NCBI GenBank assembly: GCA_043800705.1
Contig: JAZDMS010000040.1
Location: 5,550-69,549, forward strand
From: Candidatus Altiarchaeota archaeon
GTDB taxonomy: Archaea > Altiarchaeota > Altiarchaeia > IMC4 > SCGC-AAA252-I15
Length of the DNA stretch: 64,000 nucleotides
Direction of reading: 5' to 3'
Shown here piece after piece: positions 20,148 through 28,166 of the stretch. A program made the translations under genes and the position numbers. Within the stretch, counting starts at the first letter, position 1; every line of letters begins with the position of its first letter. Under the pieces are notes generated by a model that was not told the origin of the DNA, searched no databases, and saw nothing but the letters and a program-made list of their open reading frames with translations.

Positions 20148-21092
20148 ATGAAAATCAAGGACATAGGCGGCGAGTTCGCCCTCATCAACAGGGTTGCTCG
20201 GCCTGGCGGGGCGGTCGTCGGAGTAGGCGACGACGCGGCGGTCCTGAAGTATACGAAGGAGCGGTATCAGCTTTTCACGACCGACATGCTCTGCGACGGC
20301 GATCATTTCCGCCGCGACTGGGCCAGCCCCGAACAGATAGGGATGAAGGCGATGGAGGTCAACGTCTCAGACATCGCAGCAATGGGCGGCCTCCCCACAT
20401 ACGCTGTCATCTCAATATCACTGACACATGACACGTCGGTCGAGTTCATGGACCGCCTCTACAAAGGCTTGTACCACGTCGCCGACAAATACGACCTCAA
20501 CATCGTCGGCGGAGACACCACGCACGCGGACATGATGGTCATAAACGTCTCAATGCTCGGAGAAGTGGAAAAGGACAGATTATGCCTGCGCTCAGACGCG
20601 AAGGTCGGCGACCTCATATGCGTCACAGGCGACCTCGGAAAAAGCGCCGCAGGCCTCGAACTTTTGAAGGGGGGAATGCGCGGCGAGCTCACAGCGTATC
20701 TGGAGCCGAAATGCAGGCTAAAGGAGGCCAGGAAAATCTCACACTATGCAAACGCGATGATAGACGTCTCCGACGGCCTGGCAAGCGAAGTCAACCACAT
20801 CTGCCATATGAGCAAGGTCGGGGGCCTCGTGAGAAAGGAGGACATACCCATATCCAAATCCACTATCGAATCCGCGCATAAGGTCGGCAAAGACCCGTAC
20901 GATTACGCATTGAACGGGGGGGAAGACTTCGAGCTCGTGTTCACCGTCCCTCAAGCGTACCTGGGGAAGGTGGCGCACATAGATTGCCCGGTCACTGTCG
21001 TCGGAGAGATAGTGGAGAAAAGGCAGGGTTTGACGATTGAGTCGTGCGGCAGGAAAAAGCCCCTGAAGGGAGGATACGACCACTTCAAGTAG
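20148..21092 (+). CDS. thiL: Thiamine-monophosphate kinase
   Basis: MKIKDIGGEFALINRV..GDDAAVL.....TTDML..G.HF... has the AIR-synthase-like fold pattern. Start chosen at the second ATG, supported by the relic copy at 16511. Confidence 0.85.
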   Translation: MKIKDIGGEFALINRVARPGGAVVGVGDDAAVLKYTKERYQLFTTDMLCDGDHFRRDWASPEQIGMKAMEVNVSDIAAMGGLPTYAVISISLTHDTSVEFMDRLYKGLYHVADKYDLNIVGGDTTHADMMVINVSMLGEVEKDRLCLRSDAKVGDLICVTGDLGKSAAGLELLKGGMRGELTAYLEPKCRLKEARKISHYANAMIDVSDGLASEVNHICHMSKVGGLVRKEDIPISKSTIESAHKVGKDPYDYALNGGEDFELVFTVPQAYLGKVAHIDCPVTVVGEIVEKRQGLTIESCGRKKPLKGGYDHFK

Positions 21093-22674
21093 GTGTTTGG
21101 TTGAAGCGGAAAACCGCCATGGCCGGATATTCTCCCATTTCCACGCGCTCGTATTCGACGCTGTCCTTCATCATTTTCTCCAGTGTGGCGATGTCGACCT
21201 GATTTTTCGGAGCTAAACCGGATTCTAACGACACGTAAGCCGGATCATACGATCTTAACAGAGCCAGTCCGCCCTCAGGTTTCCACTCCCAATTCCTCAG
21301 GATGATTTGATCGCATTTTGCGCCATTTCGGAACCGGAAAAGGGCTGAATAATACTTTGCCTCCTGAGCCCGATAATCGTATCCGAAGATCTCGACAATC
21401 CTCATAGTACCGTTCGCCTGAAGGCCGCAGGCTTTCTCCATGAATCCCATAAGCTGCTCTTTATCGCTGTCGTGCGTCTGCAGCCCATTGAGGAAGGCTG
21501 TCCCGTCAGGTTTCCCCGCCAAACTGAAAGCCCACGAATCCACAAGGAGCAACTGTAATGTTAGGAGCGCTAAGGCGGCAAGCGCGAAAGTTCTCGCATA
21601 CTTGTCTGCCCGGCTTAAAATCCAACAGGAAACGACTGCGAAATATGGAAGTAGTGGGAGTAGGAATCTCGGGAACTCGTTGGTGGAAAAGGAAAAGACC
21701 AGATAAAACAGGATTATCTGAAAAATCGAGGCCATCAAATATATGTCCCACGATTTGAATCCCTTTTTCACCGTGATCCATGCGAGAGCAAAAGGGGCGA
21801 AGATGAACATTGCGATCGTGAAGCCTGTTGTCAGGTTCACCCCCGATATCCCGGCCAATATCTGGAGCTTGCTGATGACATCCGCCCTATGCCCCCATCG
21901 GGGGGATGTTGCGGAAGAAACCGCGTGGCCCCAGGCCGGGCCGATGTGTAAATAGAACCAGGCGGACGCCGACGCCGCCAAAACCAAGGCTGCGAACGCC
22001 AAGAGCGGGTTCAACTTCGCGAAGCCAAAGCCTTTCCCTCGGATTCTGGCCAACACTAGGGCCGCGGGCCCGATGCAGTAAAGGGGGGAGGACAGTTTCG
22101 AGAGGGCTCCTATGGATGCGGCTGCCAAAATGCTTGCAAGGATCGTTGCCTTGTCCATGGAGGCTGCACGGACCATAATCCTCATGAACAGGGTCACCGA
22201 CAGGAGGACGAAGACGTCAGAGTAATACTGCCCCGACATTGCGACGAATATCGGCGCGGCAGCGATAACGGCGCAGCCCGCAAGGGAGATGAGACGGTTG
22301 AAGTACATGGACTTCAGCGTTCCAAACATGATCCCAAGGGTCAGAACCTGCACAAGGAAGACCGGCAGCCGAAGGCCGAACTCCATCGATTTCGTCAACA
22401 ATCCAAGCGGGACGAAAAACTGCCCGACCCAAATCATCAAAGGCGGCTTATATGGGGATATTTGAAAAACCAAAGACAGCCAATTTTTGGGGTTGCTTTT
22501 TAGCTCCGAATAGAGCCTCAAAGACTCTTCGGCGTAGTCGAGGCAGTCGCCACTCGGAAGTTTGGCGTCTAGGGCTATCCACACCAGACTCGGAGCCGCA
22601 AGAAGCAGGATGAAAAGGACAGCATATGTGTCCCCTCCTGCACGGAGACTTTTCAGCCGAGATTCCGGCAGCAT
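21085..22674 (-). CDS. Dolichyl-phosphate-dependent glycosyltransferase (ArnT/PMT-like, GT-C fold)
   Basis: About 12 TM helices plus a C-terminal soluble domain. Start moved to MLPESRLKSL so that the AT-rich tract at 22680-22720 is intergenic. The start is uncertain (alternatives at 22728 or 22878). Confidence 0.55.
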   Translation of the reverse strand: MLPESRLKSLRAGGDTYAVLFILLLAAPSLVWIALDAKLPSGDCLDYAEESLRLYSELKSNPKNWLSLVFQISPYKPPLMIWVGQFFVPLGLLTKSMEFGLRLPVFLVQVLTLGIMFGTLKSMYFNRLISLAGCAVIAAAPIFVAMSGQYYSDVFVLLSVTLFMRIMVRAASMDKATILASILAAASIGALSKLSSPLYCIGPAALVLARIRGKGFGFAKLNPLLAFAALVLAASASAWFYLHIGPAWGHAVSSATSPRWGHRADVISKLQILAGISGVNLTTGFTIAMFIFAPFALAWITVKKGFKSWDIYLMASIFQIILFYLVFSFSTNEFPRFLLPLLPYFAVVSCWILSRADKYARTFALAALALLTLQLLLVDSWAFSLAGKPDGTAFLNGLQTHDSDKEQLMGFMEKACGLQANGTMRIVEIFGYDYRAQEAKYYSALFRFRNGAKCDQIILRNWEWKPEGGLALLRSYDPAYVSLESGLAPKNQVDIATLEKMMKDSVEYERVEMGEYPAMAVFRFNQTPT

Positions 22675-22771
22675 CCAAGGTAATCTATTTTCGATGAATA
22701 ATAATCGTTTTAAAAATGCCAGCCTCATGGCAATTCCACCGATTATATACTCCTTCGACAAATATCCCTTT

Positions 22772-23497
22772 ATGGTAGTGAACATCGTCGTGACCGGCAA
22801 GGTCCCTGACAATCCAACCATCATCGAAGCGTTCCCGAGCAGGGGATACGTCAGCACCATAGCAGGCAACCACCTCATCCGCCAGGAGAAGATGGAACAG
22901 ATCGGCTACATAGAGTCCGACAAGCTCGACGCCATCGCAGTCGTCCACGACGGCAAGCCCATGCACCCCATACGGATATACTCGAAGGGCGACCTGGTCG
23001 TCCTGTTCTCCGAGCTGATAATCCCCCTCAACCTCACACACGAGTTCAGCACCGAAGTCATAAACTGGTTCAAGAAGATCAAGCCGAAGAAGGCGATCCT
23101 CCTGGCAAGCATCCCCGGGGTCGAGACCAGCAAGGAGCATGAGATATTGGCCGTGTCCACCGACGGGCAGATGATCGAGAAGATCAAGGCGTTGAAGATC
23201 AAGCAGATGAACGAGGGCGTCCTCACCGGGATGAGCTCGAGCCTGATGATAAAATGCTGCTGCTTAGAAATACCAGTCACGTCTCTGATGGTGGAGACGA
23301 CCTACATACCCGACGTGCTCGCGGCGGCGAGCCTCATGAAGATGCTAAGCGACATCCTCGGCCTTACCGTCAGCATAGAGGAGCTAACGAAGGCGGGCCA
23401 CGACATCGAGGAGAAGTTCCGCGAAAACCTCGAACAGATGAAGATCGGCCAGGAAAACTTCAAAGAGATGCACCAACAATTGCCAATGTACAGATAG
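22772..23497 (+). CDS. PAC2-family (proteasome assembly chaperone-like) protein
   Basis: ..IIEAFPSRGYVSTIAGNHLI....IGYIES......V.V..G....PIRIY...DLVVLFSE..IP... is a typical PAC2/COG1938 layout. The start is uncertain (22727 or 22772). Confidence 0.65.
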   Translation: MVVNIVVTGKVPDNPTIIEAFPSRGYVSTIAGNHLIRQEKMEQIGYIESDKLDAIAVVHDGKPMHPIRIYSKGDLVVLFSELIIPLNLTHEFSTEVINWFKKIKPKKAILLASIPGVETSKEHEILAVSTDGQMIEKIKALKIKQMNEGVLTGMSSSLMIKCCCLEIPVTSLMVETTYIPDVLAAASLMKMLSDILGLTVSIEELTKAGHDIEEKFRENLEQMKIGQENFKEMHQQLPMYR

Positions 23498-23637
23498 CGG
23501 TCTTCCGTCTATCGCCCTGGCAAACGGTCCCGTCTTGGGCCTTGTTTGCGGCATGGGCTTGTTGCGGCGTCAGCCATCCATCAGAGAGACTGAGGCCTGA
23601 GGCCGAATGTCTCTCATTCGCCGGCCTTAGAAGGCCG

Positions 23638-23685
23638 CAGGAGAACTTCAAGGAAATGCACCAGCAGCTGCCGATGTACCGCTGA
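23638..23685 (+). pseudogene. Relic second copy of the last 15 codons plus stop of the PAC2-family gene
   Basis: QENFKEMHQQLPMYR* is encoded again 143 bp downstream of the live stop. There are 11 nt differences, all synonymous or stop-for-stop. Confidence 0.7.
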
Positions 23686-23742
23686 CCCCATGAACCGGCC
23701 GGGGCGCTGTCTTTATTTTCCTGTCCTCGTCGAATATGTATT

Positions 23743-24624
23743 ATGGCCTCCGAAGACAACCAACAAAAACTTACCCCCTTGCGGGAAACATCATCCCCCG
23801 CCTTGCCGCTGACAATGGGGCCCCTTGAGGCGACAAGCCTGTATTTCCGGGATGTCATGATGCGGATTGACTCCCTAAAGCTTAGGCATGAGGTTCTGAA
23901 GCTCGGTGAAGTCACCCACTCCCACAAGACCTACCCCCTGTATGCGATAAAATCTGGAAGCCGTATGCCGGATGCCCCGAATGTCATAATCTGCGCGGGC
24001 ATCCACGGGGATGAAAAGGCAGGGGTGCAGGCGGCGCTGGACTTCATGGAACAACACCATTCCCCATACTCCGGCAGGCTCAATTTCACCGTCATCCCCT
24101 GCATGAACCCATCGGGCTTCGAGGCAACGACCCGGGCATCAGCGTCTGGCACCGACATAAACCGCGACTTTGGCGAATCAAGCAGAACCCAGGAGGCCAC
24201 ATTGGTTCGCAGGTTCATAGAGGGAGAAAGCGCGAAATTCGTCCTCGGATGCACCCTGCATGAGGATAACAGCGAACTATCAGCCGGAGGCCGCCCATTG
24301 ACCGACAACCCCGATGGATTCTACCTGTACGAGTACCGGTCTAACGCATCAGGGAGCCTTGGCAGGGGAATTCTCGCGGATCTGGAGGGAAAAGGGGTCA
24401 GCGTCTACAAGAAGCCGATGATATACTCGGAAAAAAATGACCACGGCATGGTCCTCGAGGTAGGGCCCATGGACCCCAAGAGGCCGGATTCAGCCTCATT
24501 TGAGAACTTTCTCCGAAGGTGCGCAGCCTGTGTCATAAACACCGAGACACCAACCTCGTGGTCATGGGACTCAAGGGTCAAAGCGCAAATCCTCGGGATA
24601 AAGTCGGCCTTAGACCGACAATAG
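23743..24624 (+). CDS. M14-type zinc carboxypeptidase / succinylglutamate desuccinylase-aspartoacylase family protein
   Basis: ICAGIHGDEKAG (HxxE zinc site), ..NPSGF.., LH.D. Confidence 0.6.
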   Translation: MASEDNQQKLTPLRETSSPALPLTMGPLEATSLYFRDVMMRIDSLKLRHEVLKLGEVTHSHKTYPLYAIKSGSRMPDAPNVIICAGIHGDEKAGVQAALDFMEQHHSPYSGRLNFTVIPCMNPSGFEATTRASASGTDINRDFGESSRTQEATLVRRFIEGESAKFVLGCTLHEDNSELSAGGRPLTDNPDGFYLYEYRSNASGSLGRGILADLEGKGVSVYKKPMIYSEKNDHGMVLEVGPMDPKRPDSASFENFLRRCAACVINTETPTSWSWDSRVKAQILGIKSALDRQ

Positions 24625-24684
24625 GGGCGCCTATACGCAGAATGAGCCTTTAATAAGAGCGTCCGCCCTAATAGGTTGGGTAAA

Positions 24685-24852
24685 ATGCCATCTTTGAAGA
24701 AGGTTAAAAGGGACGGCCTTGCAGGCGGCGCGGGCCTCATCAGGTACTTCGACGTCGACGAGGGAGGGCCCAAGCTCGACCCGAAGATGTTCCTTGGCGC
24801 GGTAGTCGCCATAATATTGTTGGAGATACTCTCGAAGATAATCCTCTCCTGA
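24685..24852 (+). CDS. Preprotein translocase subunit Sec61beta
   Basis: 55-aa ORF found by hand: MPSLKKVKRDGLAGGAGLIRYFDVDEGGPKLDPKMFLGAVVAIILLEILSKIILS. It shows the archaeal Sec61beta pattern (AGLIRY.D, ...P, C-terminal TM). Confidence 0.8.
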   Translation: MPSLKKVKRDGLAGGAGLIRYFDVDEGGPKLDPKMFLGAVVAIILLEILSKIILS

Positions 24853-24896
24853 GGATTCTAGGCCGCCGGAAAGACGGCGGCGACGGTGATACTATT

Positions 24897-25631
24897 ATGG
24901 CTTCCGGGGGCCTTGGCGGCAAACGGGTCTGCGTAAACTGCGGCGAGATCGTCGAAGGGCAGGGCAACTGCCCGAAATGCGGATTCGAACCGAAGACTGT
25001 AAAGACATTCGAACGGACCAAGACAGCAGCCCCGAAACCCCCAGAAATCGAGGGGCCAATAGAGGGGCAAAAAACCGAAACCGCCCCTGCACTCTCGCCG
25101 GAGGAGGCGATCATGCAGGCCTCGAAGGAGGCGAGCGAATACCGCCAGACGCCGAAGCCTGCCAGCAAACCCGACATCAGGGTCGTAGCATTGGCGGGCA
25201 GCCTCGTAATCCTGCTGGCGCTCATCGGCCTCGTGTTCATGACATTCTCGGGAGGACTGAACCTAGACCTTTTAGGAACTACTACTACGACTACGGCGTC
25301 ATCAACCTCCACTACGTCGACGTCCTCGACTTCCACGACCACTTCCTCAACCACGTCGACGACCACATCGTCGACGACCACGTCGACGACCACTACGATG
25401 ATGTCCTTCCCCTGCTCCGTCAACATGGACTGCGGCAACGTGACCGAGGAGAGGATATGCCACCAGGGCGATGTCTACCTGAACCGGAGGACTCCGATAT
25501 GCCAGCACCCCGCGACTCCGTACGCGGTCTGCATAGAGAAGAACACGCTCGCCCGCTCGCCTGTTCAGGCGTGCAACAACGGATGCAAGGACGGGGAATG
25601 CCTGTCTATGTGGGTGAAACCTGGAGTTTAG
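24897..25631 (+). CDS. Zinc-ribbon / TM / Thr-Ser stalk / Cys-rich ectodomain protein
   Basis: CVNCG..(11)..CPKCG ribbon, TM helix VVALAGSLVILLALIGLVFM, about 50 aa of T/S only, then an 8-Cys domain (..CNNGCKDGEC..). Confidence 0.6.
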   Translation: MASGGLGGKRVCVNCGEIVEGQGNCPKCGFEPKTVKTFERTKTAAPKPPEIEGPIEGQKTETAPALSPEEAIMQASKEASEYRQTPKPASKPDIRVVALAGSLVILLALIGLVFMTFSGGLNLDLLGTTTTTTASSTSTTSTSSTSTTTSSTTSTTTSSTTTSTTTTMMSFPCSVNMDCGNVTEERICHQGDVYLNRRTPICQHPATPYAVCIEKNTLARSPVQACNNGCKDGECLSMWVKPGV

Positions 25632-25831
25632 GTGGCGGACATCCGGAAGTGGCTTCTTGGATCGACGCGCAGGTGGCTCCGGCGCGGTTCTCGCCCCCGC
25701 ACCCCCACAAGCACAGTCCACTGAAGTTATGGCTGCTGCCTTCCGGCCCTGACCAGATTCCTAAAATAGACCATCCAGTGAGACGAAGGCTCACGGTTCC
25801 GCACCGGACCCGCACGGCAACCCAAGACTCG

Positions 25832-25901
25832 CCTCCCGGCATTCAGCCCCGCCTAAGACGATTTGCGGCAACAGGCTACGCCTACCAGCCCGGCCTAGTC
25901 C
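25832..25901 (+). repeat. 70-bp direct repeat, copy 1
   Basis: CCTCCCGGCATTCAGCCCCGCCTAAGACGATTTGCGGCAACAGGCTACGCCTACCAGCCCGGCCTAGTCC matches 65/70 positions of the copy at 27402. Confidence 0.85.
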
Positions 25902-25979
25902 ACCGGTCAATGTATACGCAAAATCAGATTAAAAAACCAACCTCTCTCGCTCTTATACCTGGAAAATAATTTTTGTATT

Positions 25980-27374
25980 ATGTCCCCCATTATTCGTGTT
26001 CTCTTCGGCAAATCGAAAGGAAGATTTTTTCTGTTCATGCTATCCCTGCTGTCTGCTTTTATCGTTGTCGGCCAAGCGTCAGCCACCGAAGTCATTGTTG
26101 TCGGCAGGGAGCCGGCCACCAAGGTCATTCTTGTCGGCGGGGCGTCAGACAGGGAGCTTAAGGACTGCTGGGATAGCGGATACGCGCCCGAAAGGGTCTC
26201 ATGCTATGCGAGGTATGCTTTCGAAATGGACGATCCCGGAATATGCGATCAAAGCCCCTATCATAGGTTTGACCGGGATCCATGTTTTAAGCTCTTAACA
26301 ACGTCCTTGAAAAACAACACTCCGTGCGCAAGCATGAGGCGCGGGAATTCCCAAGCATTGTGCTATCGGATCATGTCCGTCTCAGACGACGGCGCACTCG
26401 CAGCATCGGTCCTCGGCAATTTCTCGGCCCCTGAAGACTGCGGTGTAGATTGCATGTCCCGCATCGCCGTTTTGATGCAAATGCCGGAAATCTGCAATAC
26501 GATGATGTTCAGTCGCGATTCCTGTTTTGCTGAAGTCGCGATTAGGCTAAACGATTCTGGCGTGTGCGAAAGGATGCTAGGAAACAGGGGTCGTTGCTAT
26601 TCCGCGATGGCTATGAGGCTCGGTAACATTTCATTCTGCGACAAGATTGAAACGCCTGACCTAAGGCTCGGCTGCCAGATTGAAATGGCTGTGTGGGCCG
26701 GTGACGCGTCAATCTGCCCTAAGGTCGCTGGCATTAACGTCTCCCGCGGCGACGAATGCTTCATGAAGCTTGCATTGGGGCTGGGGGACGCCTCCTTATG
26801 CGGTAACATATCCTTACATCCCGGGGGAAAATTCCTTAAGAATGATGCTAGCAGGGACAACTGCTTCGAGGAGGTTGCCTTGAGGCTGAGGAACGAATCC
26901 GTCTGCAAGAACATCGAAGGCGAGAAAGATTGGTGCATTGCAAGAATAGCAAAGGACTATGCCATGTGCGAGAATTTAGAGGGCCCATGCCAGGTATACG
27001 TCTGCATGTCCCGTTTGGATGGGGTGAAAATATCCAATCCGGCTCCCAGCGATTGCGAGATCTATCGCACCCCCCGGGCCATAGTCACCGTAACCTACAA
27101 CATCAGGATTTTATTACTGGTCATAAGCATATTCGTAGCGGCTCTATATTGTCTTGCACAAACCGCGAAAGAGTTGATTTCGTCCCGGAAGGCGGATAGA
27201 AGACCGGATATCAAAGCCTTGGCAAAGAAAATGATCCTGTTCGTCCTGATTTTGGCGGCATTAAACATCCTCGCCTATGCCTACGTATCCATCTATCTCG
27301 CATATGAGCCTCCGACGACCGCCGCCGCAAAATTCAGCGAAATGAAATTTTTTATGGAGGGAGGAGCAATTTGA
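25980..27374 (+). CDS. Secreted, C-terminally anchored protein built of about 10 tandem Cys-pair modules
   Basis: Signal/TM at the N-terminus and two TM helices at the C-terminus. The modules look like C[FY]xxhAhxLxDxShCxxh (e.g. CFAEVAIRLNDSGVCERM, CFEEVALRLRNESVCKNI, CFMKLALGLGDASLCGNI). Confidence 0.6.
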   Translation: MSPIIRVLFGKSKGRFFLFMLSLLSAFIVVGQASATEVIVVGREPATKVILVGGASDRELKDCWDSGYAPERVSCYARYAFEMDDPGICDQSPYHRFDRDPCFKLLTTSLKNNTPCASMRRGNSQALCYRIMSVSDDGALAASVLGNFSAPEDCGVDCMSRIAVLMQMPEICNTMMFSRDSCFAEVAIRLNDSGVCERMLGNRGRCYSAMAMRLGNISFCDKIETPDLRLGCQIEMAVWAGDASICPKVAGINVSRGDECFMKLALGLGDASLCGNISLHPGGKFLKNDASRDNCFEEVALRLRNESVCKNIEGEKDWCIARIAKDYAMCENLEGPCQVYVCMSRLDGVKISNPAPSDCEIYRTPRAIVTVTYNIRILLLVISIFVAALYCLAQTAKELISSRKADRRPDIKALAKKMILFVLILAALNILAYAYVSIYLAYEPPTTAAAKFSEMKFFMEGGAI

Positions 27375-27401
27375 CTGATACCACGGACGAGACAAAGCGT
27401 C

Positions 27402-27471
27402 CTCCCGGCACTCAGCCCCGCCTAAGACGATTTGCGGCGGCAGGCTGCGCCTGCCAGCCCGGCCTAGTCCG
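27402..27471 (+). repeat. 70-bp direct repeat, copy 2
   Basis: It has five transition differences from copy 1 and lies exactly 1570 bp downstream. It contains a perfect hairpin GGCAGGC-TGC-GCCTGCC that copy 1 lacks. Confidence 0.85.
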
Positions 27472-27492
27472 CTCAGAAAATATGCTGGGCTT

Positions 27493-28011
27493 CTATTTCA
27501 GGGCTTCGAAGGCTTCCTTCACCCTCGGGCTGTTGGACAGCCTCACTATGGCCGACTGTCCCTCCATATCCTTCTTGGGATCGTAAGGATCGATGTAGCC
27601 GTTCATCAAGCCCTCATCCCCGTTACCGATCATGAACTTGACCAAAAGGGACCGGGCCCTCATATACCCTGTTCCGCTCCTTTGCCCCCTTAGCGTATCA
27701 AGGGTGGCCGCATCTTCTGAGGTGGCTTTCATCCTTCTGTTTAACTCGTCAACCTCATTCCTGGCAGCAAGATATCGCGCCTTATCCTCTGCCGAAACCT
27801 CAGGAGCGATGTTCCGATCAAGTATGACGGCCTTCGCCTCCTCGGCCCGCCCCCCCAAAACAAGGCAAATTGCTTTGACCATCCTGGCCTCGTCACCCCT
27901 GAATGCCGGCTTCTGTGCTGACTTCGCATCAGAGGCTTGAAGAAGCTCGTCAACTTGCGGAATCATCGGGATAACTTTCCGCTCAGGCCCTCTCTGTAAT
28001 TCTCCCATCAT
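27493..28011 (-). CDS. Hypothetical protein
   Basis: 172 aa ORF with plausible codon usage and no recognisable motif. Confidence 0.45.
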   Translation of the reverse strand: MMGELQRGPERKVIPMIPQVDELLQASDAKSAQKPAFRGDEARMVKAICLVLGGRAEEAKAVILDRNIAPEVSAEDKARYLAARNEVDELNRRMKATSEDAATLDTLRGQRSGTGYMRARSLLVKFMIGNGDEGLMNGYIDPYDPKKDMEGQSAIVRLSNSPRVKEAFEALK

Positions 28012-28166
28012 ATTATACTACTAGGCGTACCCTTTTTTAATACGCTGTAGAGTGGCTGTGTCTCTTACGTTTATTGCTGGAACCAGAGTCTTGCCAGCAG
28101 ACTTCTGAAGATTCTTCCCTTATGACGTTGGATTTAAAAGGCCCCACACAATAGGTTACGGACATC

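Noticed and set aside
24965-24985. The tRNA T-arm-like string GCGGATTCGAACCG was noted.
   Set aside because: It lies inside the zinc-ribbon coding sequence (CPKCGFEPK). No acceptor, D or anticodon arms can be built around it.
25832-25901. The open reading frame across the 70-bp repeat (..PRLRRFAATGYAYQPGLV..) is also open in the second copy.
   Set aside because: There is no start codon context. The second copy runs into the convergent gene's 3' end. The differences between copies are not biased to silent positions (I/T, T/A, Y/C, Y/C).
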